Shown here: positions 27,645-35,996 of the stretch, piece by piece | Layout: each line of letters opens with the position of its first letter | Numbering within the stretch: the stretch's first letter is position 1 | IMG/VR virus record: IMGVR_UViG_3300025141_000034 | Coordinates: 1 to 64,000 of that record | From: a virus | Strand: one strand, 5' to 3' | Length of the DNA: 64,000 bases | Notes under the pieces: model-generated | Seen by the model: only the letters and a program-made list of their open reading frames with translations | Told to the model about the DNA's origin: nothing | Databases searched by the model: none | Translations under genes and position numbers: made by a program

Positions 27645-28502
27645 ATGATTAATACTATTGGAATAGTCGGACAAGGTTTTGTCGGAGGCGCGTTAAATGA
27701 GGGAATGAAGCATGCATTTAATATTGAAACGTATGATAAATTTATATCTGAGAAGTCTACATGTGAATCGCTGAAGAGCCTTATTGAAAAAGTTGACACT
27801 ATATTTGTCTGTCTGCCAACCCCCATGAGACAGGATGGATCTTGTGATTTAAGAATTGTAGAAGAAACAATCTTAGAGATTGATAGCTTTTGCAAAAAAG
27901 CAGATAGCAAGGTAGTCGTAATTAAGTCAACAATACCACCAGGAACAACTGAAGACTTAAATAAAAAAGTTTCAAATATACAGGTTGTATTTAATCCTGA
28001 ATTTCTAACTGAAGCCAACGCAGTAGAAGACTTTAAGAATCAGACTAGAATAATAGTCGGCGGTCCGAGACCTGGGTCTTCAGTCGTAAAGAATATCTTT
28101 AGAAAGGCATTTAAGCAGACTACTATTGTTAAGACTGGATCAAATACAGCAGAAATGGTCAAGTATTTCACCAATTGCTTTCTTGCCACAAAGGTTATCT
28201 TTTCTAATGAGATGAAGCAAATTTGTGACCCTCTCGACATAGATTACGACAAAGTTGTTGAGTATGCACTTTACGATGAAAGGCTTGGAAGGTCACATTG
28301 GTCAGTTCCTGGTCCAGACGGAAGTATGGGATTTGGAGGACACTGCTTTCCAAAAGATCTAAATGCACTTATTAAAGTAGCAAAGAACAATAGTGTTGAC
28401 CCAAGAATTCTTCGGTGTGTGTGGGAAAAGAATCTAGAAGTCAGGAGTGAGAATGATAGAGACTGGGAAAAGATGACGGGTCGAGCTGTTAGTGAAGACT
28501 GA
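27645..28502 (+). CDS. UDP-glucose/GDP-mannose dehydrogenase family, short form lacking the C-terminal domain
   Basis: GIVGQGFVG, CLPTP, IKSTIPPGTT, NPEFL, AEMVKY..N, GFGGHCFPKD; 285 aa. Confidence 0.92.
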   Translation: MINTIGIVGQGFVGGALNEGMKHAFNIETYDKFISEKSTCESLKSLIEKVDTIFVCLPTPMRQDGSCDLRIVEETILEIDSFCKKADSKVVVIKSTIPPGTTEDLNKKVSNIQVVFNPEFLTEANAVEDFKNQTRIIVGGPRPGSSVVKNIFRKAFKQTTIVKTGSNTAEMVKYFTNCFLATKVIFSNEMKQICDPLDIDYDKVVEYALYDERLGRSHWSVPGPDGSMGFGGHCFPKDLNALIKVAKNNSVDPRILRCVWEKNLEVRSENDRDWEKMTGRAVSED

Positions 28503-28507
28503 TATAC

Positions 28508-28536
28508 GTGTAAAATCCTAGTGGGATAGGTATAAT
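28508..28536 (+). promoter_or_regulatory. Sigma70-like promoter, probably yielding a leaderless transcript for 28543
   Basis: GTGTAA (28508-13), 17 nt spacer, perfect TATAAT (28531-36); ATG 6 nt downstream with no SD in between. Confidence 0.5.
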
Positions 28537-28542
28537 ATTAGT

Positions 28543-29376
28543 ATGACTGAAAATAATTTTCCGACAGGTAAGCCCCATATTTCTTTTTCCGAAGTCAAGA
28601 TATGGAAGGAATGTTCCTGGAGGCATAAGCTCATGTACGTTGATAAGGTTGATACATTTAAACCCTCTCCTTATTTAGATTTTGGAACTGCCGTTCACGA
28701 GGGATGTGAAACACTCCTTGAGACAAGAAAGGTTGATAAGAAAAAGCTTTTTAATGACATCACAGATGCATGGAAAAAGCACAGATTTGATGAGCCTGAG
28801 TGGTATGAAAAGATGCCAAAGTGGTATAAGCACGTACCCGTTGAAGAATGGTGTAGGTGGGCTGAAAATATGTGGGCTGAGGTTCCTGACTTCTTAGATG
28901 AGACATTTCCCAACTGGAATGCTGTAAAGGCCGAGGAGTATCTCTATGAGGAGATAGAGGGAAAGGATATTAAGTTTAAGGGATTTATTGACGCAGTTAT
29001 TAAAGTTCCAAAAAAGCGCGGCGAGGGATTTAACTACTGGATCCTTGACTGGAAGACATCGCAATCTTATGGGTGGCGAAGACAAAAGAAGCAAGATCTT
29101 TTAATGACAGCACAGCTTATTTTATATAAGCATTTTTGGGCTAGAAAGCACTCTGTACCTCTCAAGGATGTGCGTTGTGGTTTTATCCTACTAAAGCGCG
29201 GGGGTAAGCCAGGACGTATCTGTGAGCTGGTTACAGTATCTGTAGGACCCAAGACTTTAGATAGGGGGATTAAGCTTATGAATAGCATGATAGCCTCCGT
29301 CTATAATAAAATGTTTCTAAAAAATAGAGACTCCTGCACATACTGTCAGTTTAAAAATACAGAACATTGTACCTGA
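28543..29376 (+). CDS. PD-(D/E)XK nuclease, Cas4/RecB-like with predicted Fe-S cysteines
   Basis: ISFSE...EC, FGTAVH, FKGFIDAV, ILDWKT, QLILY, C-terminal CTYCQFKNTEHC. Confidence 0.88.
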   Translation: MTENNFPTGKPHISFSEVKIWKECSWRHKLMYVDKVDTFKPSPYLDFGTAVHEGCETLLETRKVDKKKLFNDITDAWKKHRFDEPEWYEKMPKWYKHVPVEEWCRWAENMWAEVPDFLDETFPNWNAVKAEEYLYEEIEGKDIKFKGFIDAVIKVPKKRGEGFNYWILDWKTSQSYGWRRQKKQDLLMTAQLILYKHFWARKHSVPLKDVRCGFILLKRGGKPGRICELVTVSVGPKTLDRGIKLMNSMIASVYNKMFLKNRDSCTYCQFKNTEHCT

Positions 29377-29391
29377 TTTACTTTATAATAT

Positions 29392-29414
29392 CTCAGTGTT
29401 AATATTTCACTGAG
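29392..29414 (+). other. Inverted repeat / hairpin overlapping the RBS of 29427
   Basis: CTCAGTG-ttaatattt-CACTGAG; the 3' arm overlaps the GAGG SD. Confidence 0.45.
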
Positions 29415-29426
29415 GTTTATAGACAT

Positions 29427-30674
29427 ATGACAGAAAAGAAGAAGGTGTTGATCTTATCTGATCACGCCCTTTCAACTTCGGGTGTGGGTACTCAAACTAG
29501 ACATCTTGTTAATGGTCTTTTGACCAAGAATGAGTGGACATTTAGACAGTTCGGTGCTGCATTAAAGCATGGCACATATGATACAGTTGTTGTCAATGAG
29601 GATTTTATAATTAAGCCTATTGACGGCTTCGGTAGCAGAGACCTAATCAGGGTTGCACTTGCAACAGAAAAGCCTGATATTTTATTTATTTTCACAGATC
29701 CGAGATTCTTTATCTGGCTATTTGAGATGGAGGATGAGATCCATCAAATTTGCCCGATAGCGTGGTGGCATGTATGGGATAATGAGCCATATCCTAGCTT
29801 TAATCATGTCTTATACGAATCTGTCGATCTCATTAATTGTCATTCAAACATGACATACAACTTAATTAAAGACAGGGTCAATAGTAAGACAAACTTTATT
29901 CCACACGCTGTCCCAGAGACATTATTTTTTCCACTATCTCAGACTGATAGACTCTCTTATAAAATGCAGATCTTGGGAAAAGACAGACTAGATCATTTTG
30001 TTGGAATTTGGGTTAATAGAAATGCTAAAAGAAAAAGGCCTGCAGATGTTGTAGAGTCCTGGAAGATTTTTGTTGACAATATTGAGAAAGAACACGGTCA
30101 TAGAAAGGCTACATTAATAATGCATACAGACCCCCACGATCAGGAGGGTCCAAACCTGTTTAAGAATGTTGATCTTCACAGCATCTCAGATAATGTTTAC
30201 TTTTCCACTGATCGGTTAGAGTTTGAGAAAATGAACGTTCTTTATAACATATCTGACGTCTGTATTAACATAAGCTATGCAGAGGGCTTTGGCCTCTCAA
30301 CACTCGAGGCCATGATGACAGGTTGCCCAATGGCTGCAGTTAAAACAGGCGGATTGACAAGACAGGTTGTCGATCACACAGACGGATCTGAAAATGGTGT
30401 TGCTCTTCCTGTTGAATTTAGGTCGCTTGTAGGCTCTCAGCAGGTACCATTTATTTACGAAGACTACGTCACATGTGAGACAACAGCTGCTGGGCTGATG
30501 AAACTCTTCAATCTTTCAGGTAGTGAAAGGACTAGTCTAAGAGATAAGTGTCTAAAATATGCAAGAGAAAACTTTGCCTTAGAAAAGACTATTGATGAGT
30601 GGCACGATACAATGAAAAAACTCTCTACTGAGTGGAGAGGGGACTATAAGAGATGGGAATGTTTTACGCTATAG
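29427..30674 (+). CDS. Glycosyltransferase family 4 (GT-B)
   Basis: SGVG, IPHAV, NRNAKRKR, YNISDVCINISYAEGFGLSTLEAMMTGCP. Confidence 0.92.
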   Translation: MTEKKKVLILSDHALSTSGVGTQTRHLVNGLLTKNEWTFRQFGAALKHGTYDTVVVNEDFIIKPIDGFGSRDLIRVALATEKPDILFIFTDPRFFIWLFEMEDEIHQICPIAWWHVWDNEPYPSFNHVLYESVDLINCHSNMTYNLIKDRVNSKTNFIPHAVPETLFFPLSQTDRLSYKMQILGKDRLDHFVGIWVNRNAKRKRPADVVESWKIFVDNIEKEHGHRKATLIMHTDPHDQEGPNLFKNVDLHSISDNVYFSTDRLEFEKMNVLYNISDVCINISYAEGFGLSTLEAMMTGCPMAAVKTGGLTRQVVDHTDGSENGVALPVEFRSLVGSQQVPFIYEDYVTCETTAAGLMKLFNLSGSERTSLRDKCLKYARENFALEKTIDEWHDTMKKLSTEWRGDYKRWECFTL

Positions 30675-30685
30675 GGGACAAATAG

Positions 30686-31852
30686 ATGAAAAAAGTCATT
30701 ATTAGAGCACCGCTTCTATCATATAGCGGATATGGAACACATTCCAGACAAATTTTTAAGTGGCTTCTTACAAGAAGAGACTTCGATGTAATAACACAGG
30801 TAGTCCAGTGGGGAAATACAACGTGGATGCTTAATCAAGAGTTAGAGAATGGGCTGATTGGAGAGATAATGAAAAGATCTGGTCCCGAAAATCAGTATGC
30901 AGATATCTCAATTCAGGTTCAATTACCAGATGAGTGGGATCCGACATTAGGAAAATTTAACATCGGTGTTAGCGCATTTGTTGAGACTGACATGTGCAAC
31001 CCTGAGTGGATTAAGAAGATTGATACAATGGATCTTGTCATAGTTCCATCTGAACATGTTAGAGAGACGATAATGAGAACTGGAAGTCCAAAGACACCGA
31101 TCCACGTTGTTCATGAGTCCTACATCGAGGAAATTGAACAAAATTTAGATCCACTTCCGCTAGAGATTGATACAGACTTTAACTTTCTTGTTCTTGGACA
31201 GTTTACAGGAAATGATCCGTACAATGATAGAAAAAATCTACTACACACATTAAAGTGGCTATTTGAGTCATTTAGTGACGATCCAGACGTTGGAATAGTA
31301 ATTAAGACAAATCACGGGCGAGGAACTAGAATAGACAGAGAGATTACAAAGCAAAAGGTCCAGCAGGTAATTTCAGAGGTTAGAAAGGGTCCATACCCAA
31401 GGGTTCACCTCATTCACGGTAATTTAAGTAATTCTGAGGTTGCATCGCTGTATGCTGTGGAGTCTATAAGGTGTCTAGTCAGTCTCACTCGAGGAGAGGG
31501 GTTTGGCCTCCCTTTGCTAGAGGCATCTGCTGCTAAAATACCTGTAATTGCAACAGCCTGGTCTGGTCATTTGGACTTTTTAAATATTGGAAAATTTATA
31601 CCCATAAATTATAATATTGTAACAATACCTGAAAATAGAGTTGACGGAAGAATCTTTCTTAAAGATTTTAAGTGGGCTGACCCATCTGAAAGCGACTTTA
31701 AGAAGAAAGTTAAAAAATTTAGAAATAATTATAAAAAACCCAAAGAGTGGGCAGTTGAGCTATCTAGCAGGCTAAAAGATACATTTTCTCAGAGAGCAAT
31801 CAGTGTGAAGTATGACGCTTTAATTGATAGTGCATATTGGAGAAGATCTTGA
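30686..31852 (+). CDS. Glycosyltransferase family 4 (GT-B)
   Basis: SGYGTHSR, IVPSEH, RKN, SLTRGEGFGLPLLEA...PVIATAWSGHLDF. Confidence 0.92.
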   Translation: MKKVIIRAPLLSYSGYGTHSRQIFKWLLTRRDFDVITQVVQWGNTTWMLNQELENGLIGEIMKRSGPENQYADISIQVQLPDEWDPTLGKFNIGVSAFVETDMCNPEWIKKIDTMDLVIVPSEHVRETIMRTGSPKTPIHVVHESYIEEIEQNLDPLPLEIDTDFNFLVLGQFTGNDPYNDRKNLLHTLKWLFESFSDDPDVGIVIKTNHGRGTRIDREITKQKVQQVISEVRKGPYPRVHLIHGNLSNSEVASLYAVESIRCLVSLTRGEGFGLPLLEASAAKIPVIATAWSGHLDFLNIGKFIPINYNIVTIPENRVDGRIFLKDFKWADPSESDFKKKVKKFRNNYKKPKEWAVELSSRLKDTFSQRAISVKYDALIDSAYWRRS

Positions 31853-32148
31853 ATTGGGCTTGGGTGATATCTACCTCAATTCTCACTCTACTTCTCTGCG
31901 TGTCTATATATTACAATTATAGATTTGCTTTAATATTGCTCAATCTAGAAGATGGAATAGAGGATGCGCTCGATAGACTGGATGAAAAGTATAATTCTAT
32001 GAGTAAGATTCTAGAGAAGCCTGTTTTTTTTGATAGTCTTGAAATTAGACAGGTTATTAAAGATATAAAGGGCTCAAGAGATGCCGTCCTACATGTTGCA
32101 AATATTCTCGGATCCATTGATGAAAAATCAGCAGAGACTGAAAAATAA
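31849..32148 (+). CDS. Small membrane protein with a single N-terminal TM helix and coiled coil
   Basis: WAWVISTSILTLLLCVSIYY hydrophobic stretch. Start placed at TTG 31849 (TTGA overlap, GGAG upstream); 31837 is an alternative. Confidence 0.7.
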   Translation: MNWAWVISTSILTLLLCVSIYYNYRFALILLNLEDGIEDALDRLDEKYNSMSKILEKPVFFDSLEIRQVIKDIKGSRDAVLHVANILGSIDEKSAETEK

Positions 32149-32165
32149 CCTTCTGGAGTGTGGTA

Positions 32166-32909
32166 ATGAGAAATGGAAAAAAGAAGTTTATAAAAATAAG
32201 AAGGCGTAGGGGGAAGGGAAAGCGTAATCTATATTTTCATATGGGAACGCATAATGCAATAGTAAAATTTCAAAGTCTGGAATGTCTTAAGGAAAAAGAG
32301 AAGCTATATATTTCTGAAATCTTTCCTGCTTTTGATAAATTAGTTGAAAATTTAATCTTTATTCACGGATTTCAATCAACTCACGGATCGTTTGAAGATC
32401 TAAAAAATGACTGTGTTGTCTTTCTCTATGAGACTTTAAATAAGTTTGACCATACAAGAGGAACAAAGGCATTTTCTTACTTTAATGTTGTTGCAAAGAA
32501 TTGGCTTATAATAAAGAGCAAGCAAAGATCAAAGCAAATTAGGAGACAGCTCAGCCTAGATGATCCTCTTTCAATCAGTAGAAGAGACATGACTGCAATT
32601 GAAAGCTATAAGGTGATTCCCTCTCAAGACACAGAAATGATCAAAAAAGAGTCTATCGAAAGCCTATTCGCACTTATGAAGGAGATAAAGAAAAAGCTCT
32701 CAGGAGAGAATGAAATTGCGTGTATAAACGCTATCATCGCCCTTTTTGAAAAAATTGACGACATTGACCTTCTCAATAAAAGGGCGATATTCGTGTATCT
32801 TAGAGATATATCAAGTCTTAATCCAAAGCAGCTGTCAATAGCAATGTCATCAATAAGAAAGCACTATAAATCACTGGTGAAACAGGACGAGTTCGATATA
32901 TTCTTTTAA
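32166..32909 (+). CDS. Phage sigma factor (T4 gp55-like late sigma / sigma70 region 2)
   Basis: DLKNDCVVFLYETLNKFDHTRGTKAFSYFNVVAKNWL resembles the region 2 'FD...AF(S/A)YF...N' motif. Start at 32160 (GTG) or 32166 (ATG). Confidence 0.7.
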   Translation: MRNGKKKFIKIRRRRGKGKRNLYFHMGTHNAIVKFQSLECLKEKEKLYISEIFPAFDKLVENLIFIHGFQSTHGSFEDLKNDCVVFLYETLNKFDHTRGTKAFSYFNVVAKNWLIIKSKQRSKQIRRQLSLDDPLSISRRDMTAIESYKVIPSQDTEMIKKESIESLFALMKEIKKKLSGENEIACINAIIALFEKIDDIDLLNKRAIFVYLRDISSLNPKQLSIAMSSIRKHYKSLVKQDEFDIFF

Positions 32910-32919
32910 GGGGGCACAA

Positions 32920-33285
32920 ATGTCAAAAAAAATATCAGATCTTCAAAAGAGAATCGATAAGAAAAATAAGAAGATAGACGATTTTGGAGATATCCTAGAT
33001 GCAATAGAAAGCTCAGAGGATAAGAAAAAGCTGCTATGGAAGGAAATATATGAGAATGCTCTCAATGATAGAGAGAATGCTGGAATCCTATTCATGGATC
33101 TCATGACTCAGTCCCAGGGAAATGCAGGAAATCACACGACATTTGGACCAATTATGGCAAAGTATCTCGAGAGAATGTCAAAGTCAAATGATCAAATTTT
33201 AAGGCTTGCAGAGATAATTGACAAGGCAGACAGGTCCTCTGACGTGATAAACCCTGATGATATCTTTAATGAAATAGGCGGATAA
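32920..33285 (+). CDS. Hypothetical helical protein
   Basis: Clean ORF with GGGGG SD; coiled-coil character. Confidence 0.75.
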   Translation: MSKKISDLQKRIDKKNKKIDDFGDILDAIESSEDKKKLLWKEIYENALNDRENAGILFMDLMTQSQGNAGNHTTFGPIMAKYLERMSKSNDQILRLAEIIDKADRSSDVINPDDIFNEIGG

Positions 33286-33287
33286 AG

Positions 33288-34649
33288 ATGTCATATGATG
33301 CTTCAAATCCCTATGGAAATAATTCTGATAGGAGCGCAGGCAGGATATTTTATACCGTTGTTGTTGCTGACTTTATCACAAATCCGGCAAGCATTTCAAA
33401 ATCTAGACTAAAAAGCCTAAGAGCACAGAGCCTTGCACAAGGCGTGTCTAATAGTGACTTTGTTACGAGAATGCCTAGAAATAGCATTTTAGGGTATAAG
33501 GTTAGCGATGGTGAAGGAGATATGGGTCAGCTTGAGATATTTTATCCATTCTTCTCTCCCCACCTGTGTCTTCCAGTTAAACCCGGAGAGCAGGTCTGGG
33601 TAATGTATGAGACAATTAACGGTGATGAGTCGCTTGGCTACTGGATGACCAGGAAGTGTGTAGATCTTCAGGTCGACGATATAAACTACACCCACGCTGA
33701 TAGGATGAACACATATAGGAATAAGAGAGAGACCGACGGTACGACGTCAGACCTCACTGATCCCATCATGCCTGATTTTCCAAATGGTGATACTTTATCG
33801 TCTGAGGGAAGAACGCTTAAGCATAGGGGCGGATATAAGAGAATTCTTCAAAATTCAATAGCACTTGGAAGGGAGGGAAGAAACCAATTCATTGGTGAGC
33901 CAGTCCCAAGAATTAGCAAGGATCCTGGTGATACTGTCCTACAAGGGTCAAATAACACAAGTATAGTTCTTGGTACTGAGGTCAATCCTGCTGGGTCAAA
34001 TACAAATAGAATTTTTCCAAAAAGCACCTCAGATACAAACCAGGGTGCAATTGATATATGCGCTGGGCGCGGACAGACATCAAAGACAGCAACAGCATTT
34101 ACCACAAAAGGTGTTGAGAATGAAAGGGGGTACAGGGAGGCTTCAAAGTATCCAGCTAGAGAGTTTAAAGATAAGGGTGAGAATATAGCTGAGGGATTTC
34201 CAGACTTTACAAATGATCTCTCAAGAATCTACCTGTCAATGAAGACCAGCGCAGATGAGAAATTCTCAATCAACATAGATGGGATAGATCAGACAGAGGG
34301 CGGTCAGCCCGCAATAGTTCTTAAGACTACACAGCTCAGGCTCGTCGCTCACGAGGATCTCAAGATCGTCATCGGTGAGGAGGGTGTGGGCTCAGCAGTC
34401 GTTCTCAAGTCTGACGGAAATATCGTTTTCGTCCCCGGCCCTAGCGGAATCATCAAGCTTGGCGGAGAGGACGCAGATAAGGCAATACTGACAACAACAC
34501 CTCAGTTTACTACAGACCTGGGAGGATCTGTGACACCGTCCACACCTGTCCAGACACCCTCGGGAGGCGTTCTTGGCTTTCCTGAAGAGACAACAGAGGC
34601 CATAGCAGTTCACTTTAGCACGTTTGCAAGTAAGATACTGGTGAAGTAA
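33288..34649 (+). CDS. Baseplate hub/central spike (gp5/VgrG-like)
   Basis: OB-fold-like LPVKPGEQVWV...GYW; GDTVLQGSNNTSIVLG and C-terminal beta-repeats (VVLKSDGNIVF, IKLG); upstream of gp25/gp6. Confidence 0.65.
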   Translation: MSYDASNPYGNNSDRSAGRIFYTVVVADFITNPASISKSRLKSLRAQSLAQGVSNSDFVTRMPRNSILGYKVSDGEGDMGQLEIFYPFFSPHLCLPVKPGEQVWVMYETINGDESLGYWMTRKCVDLQVDDINYTHADRMNTYRNKRETDGTTSDLTDPIMPDFPNGDTLSSEGRTLKHRGGYKRILQNSIALGREGRNQFIGEPVPRISKDPGDTVLQGSNNTSIVLGTEVNPAGSNTNRIFPKSTSDTNQGAIDICAGRGQTSKTATAFTTKGVENERGYREASKYPAREFKDKGENIAEGFPDFTNDLSRIYLSMKTSADEKFSINIDGIDQTEGGQPAIVLKTTQLRLVAHEDLKIVIGEEGVGSAVVLKSDGNIVFVPGPSGIIKLGGEDADKAILTTTPQFTTDLGGSVTPSTPVQTPSGGVLGFPEETTEAIAVHFSTFASKILVK

Positions 34650-35923
34650 TGGCTACAGCTCTCGGTCCGGAAGGCGCCGGTGTCATAGACGAAGACGGTG
34701 TGATTACAGACACCGAGATAGAGAACTTTAAAACTGCTGCATTTGATATCGTTAGAAACGGAATGAGTTCAGAGTTTGCATATATCATTCCTGGTGTTGT
34801 AATAATACCAATAGAAGATGCAATAGGTTTTTCTCTTACACCTAGCCCAGACGTTGCTGACCTTCTTGAGTCACAAAATAGCACTGAGGGAATAGAGTCA
34901 TTTGAGACAACCATTGTAGGTGCTCTAGAGGCAATGGCAAGCACACTCGACATGAATATTGACAATCCAATTGGTAAGAATTTTGGACTCATAGATCCTA
35001 CTGTTGTTATATCTACAGCAATAGCTCAAATAGCTGCATCTATCGAAGGCATCATGGAAAATATAGAGGATGCTGTAGCTGATGCAAAGGATGCACTCGG
35101 TGACTATCTTCAAAACTTTCTGGATGGCCTTAGTGAAGTTTTTGCATTTGAAATGCCGGGCCTTACAGAGATACTTGACAATCTTGTAGAGCTCTTAGGG
35201 TATATCTTCCCACACCCGATACTTCCTGATGGCCACGGTCCAGATATCGAAGGGCTGTTTGGATTCCTTGGAATACCGACCATTTCAGAGATGATGGATA
35301 AGCTCTTTAATAAGATTTACGAGCTCATAGTAAAAATTACTACACTTGATATCGGTGAAGATCTTATCGATGAAATAGTAAATAGATTATTAAACTTTGC
35401 AGAGATCATCATCTCCACGACTCTAGAAAATATTATAGAAGCAGTCACTGAGAAGATCACACAGCTTATTCAGGCAATTGAGATTCCCACAGTATTTCTT
35501 CCACCATGGGTATATACTCTACCAGAGATTACTGGTGATCTGTTTAATATAGATTTATCCTGGAATGAATTTTTCAACCTTGGCTTCTTAGACCCACCGC
35601 CTATAACATTGCAATTATATAACTTGTTTATTGCAATTATGGATTGGTTTAATAATCTATTCACAGGTGACATTGCAGCATTTGTACTTGGTCTTATTGA
35701 TGCCCTATCTAAAGGCGTCGCAGGGGTTGTAGAGTTTATAATTGAGATAGTTGTTGGCTGGATTGCAACTGCGATGGGGCTTGTAGCTGGTGCTGTTTTT
35801 AAAATAGCTGCATCTGTAGCACTGATAAATAGAACAGTTAGATATCTTGCTGTGTGCCTTGTTGGAAAACTAGTAGGTCAAGGATTGATCTTTGATGCTG
35901 TAGCTGCTGAGCTTTTAGGCTAA
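34649..35923 (+). CDS. Acidic, hydrophobic alpha-helical virion protein
   Basis: I/L/E/D-rich amphipathic helices, hydrophobic C-terminus; TAATG-coupled to the spike gene. Confidence 0.6.
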   Translation: MATALGPEGAGVIDEDGVITDTEIENFKTAAFDIVRNGMSSEFAYIIPGVVIIPIEDAIGFSLTPSPDVADLLESQNSTEGIESFETTIVGALEAMASTLDMNIDNPIGKNFGLIDPTVVISTAIAQIAASIEGIMENIEDAVADAKDALGDYLQNFLDGLSEVFAFEMPGLTEILDNLVELLGYIFPHPILPDGHGPDIEGLFGFLGIPTISEMMDKLFNKIYELIVKITTLDIGEDLIDEIVNRLLNFAEIIISTTLENIIEAVTEKITQLIQAIEIPTVFLPPWVYTLPEITGDLFNIDLSWNEFFNLGFLDPPPITLQLYNLFIAIMDWFNNLFTGDIAAFVLGLIDALSKGVAGVVEFIIEIVVGWIATAMGLVAGAVFKIAASVALINRTVRYLAVCLVGKLVGQGLIFDAVAAELLG

Positions 35924-35970
35924 TAGTGAAGATAGTGAAGCTTAAGGGGTTTGATTATTTAAATAAGCAT

Positions 35971-35987
35971 ATAATTAGTGGTAGGAG
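35971..35987 (+). promoter_or_regulatory. Candidate late promoter motif + SD (ATAATTAGTG..AGGAG)
   Basis: The same 10-mer plus AGGAG recurs at 48250-48267, upstream of another structural gene. Confidence 0.45.
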
Positions 35988-35996
35988 CAATCTAAG

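Noticed and set aside
28543-29426. CRISPR-Cas locus suggested by the Cas4-like gene
   Set aside because: No repeat-spacer array and no cas1/cas2 or effector genes are visible; intergenic gaps are too short to hold an array.
420-31852. Ordinary bacterial O-antigen/capsule locus
   Set aside because: No Wzx/Wzy/Wzz/ABC transporter or priming transferase; the block is flanked by and transcriptionally continuous with phage structural and sigma genes.
35923-35940. 9-nt tandem duplication ATAGTGAAG x2 after the 34649 gene
   Set aside because: Only two copies and not noticed in other intergenic gaps; probably slippage or chance.
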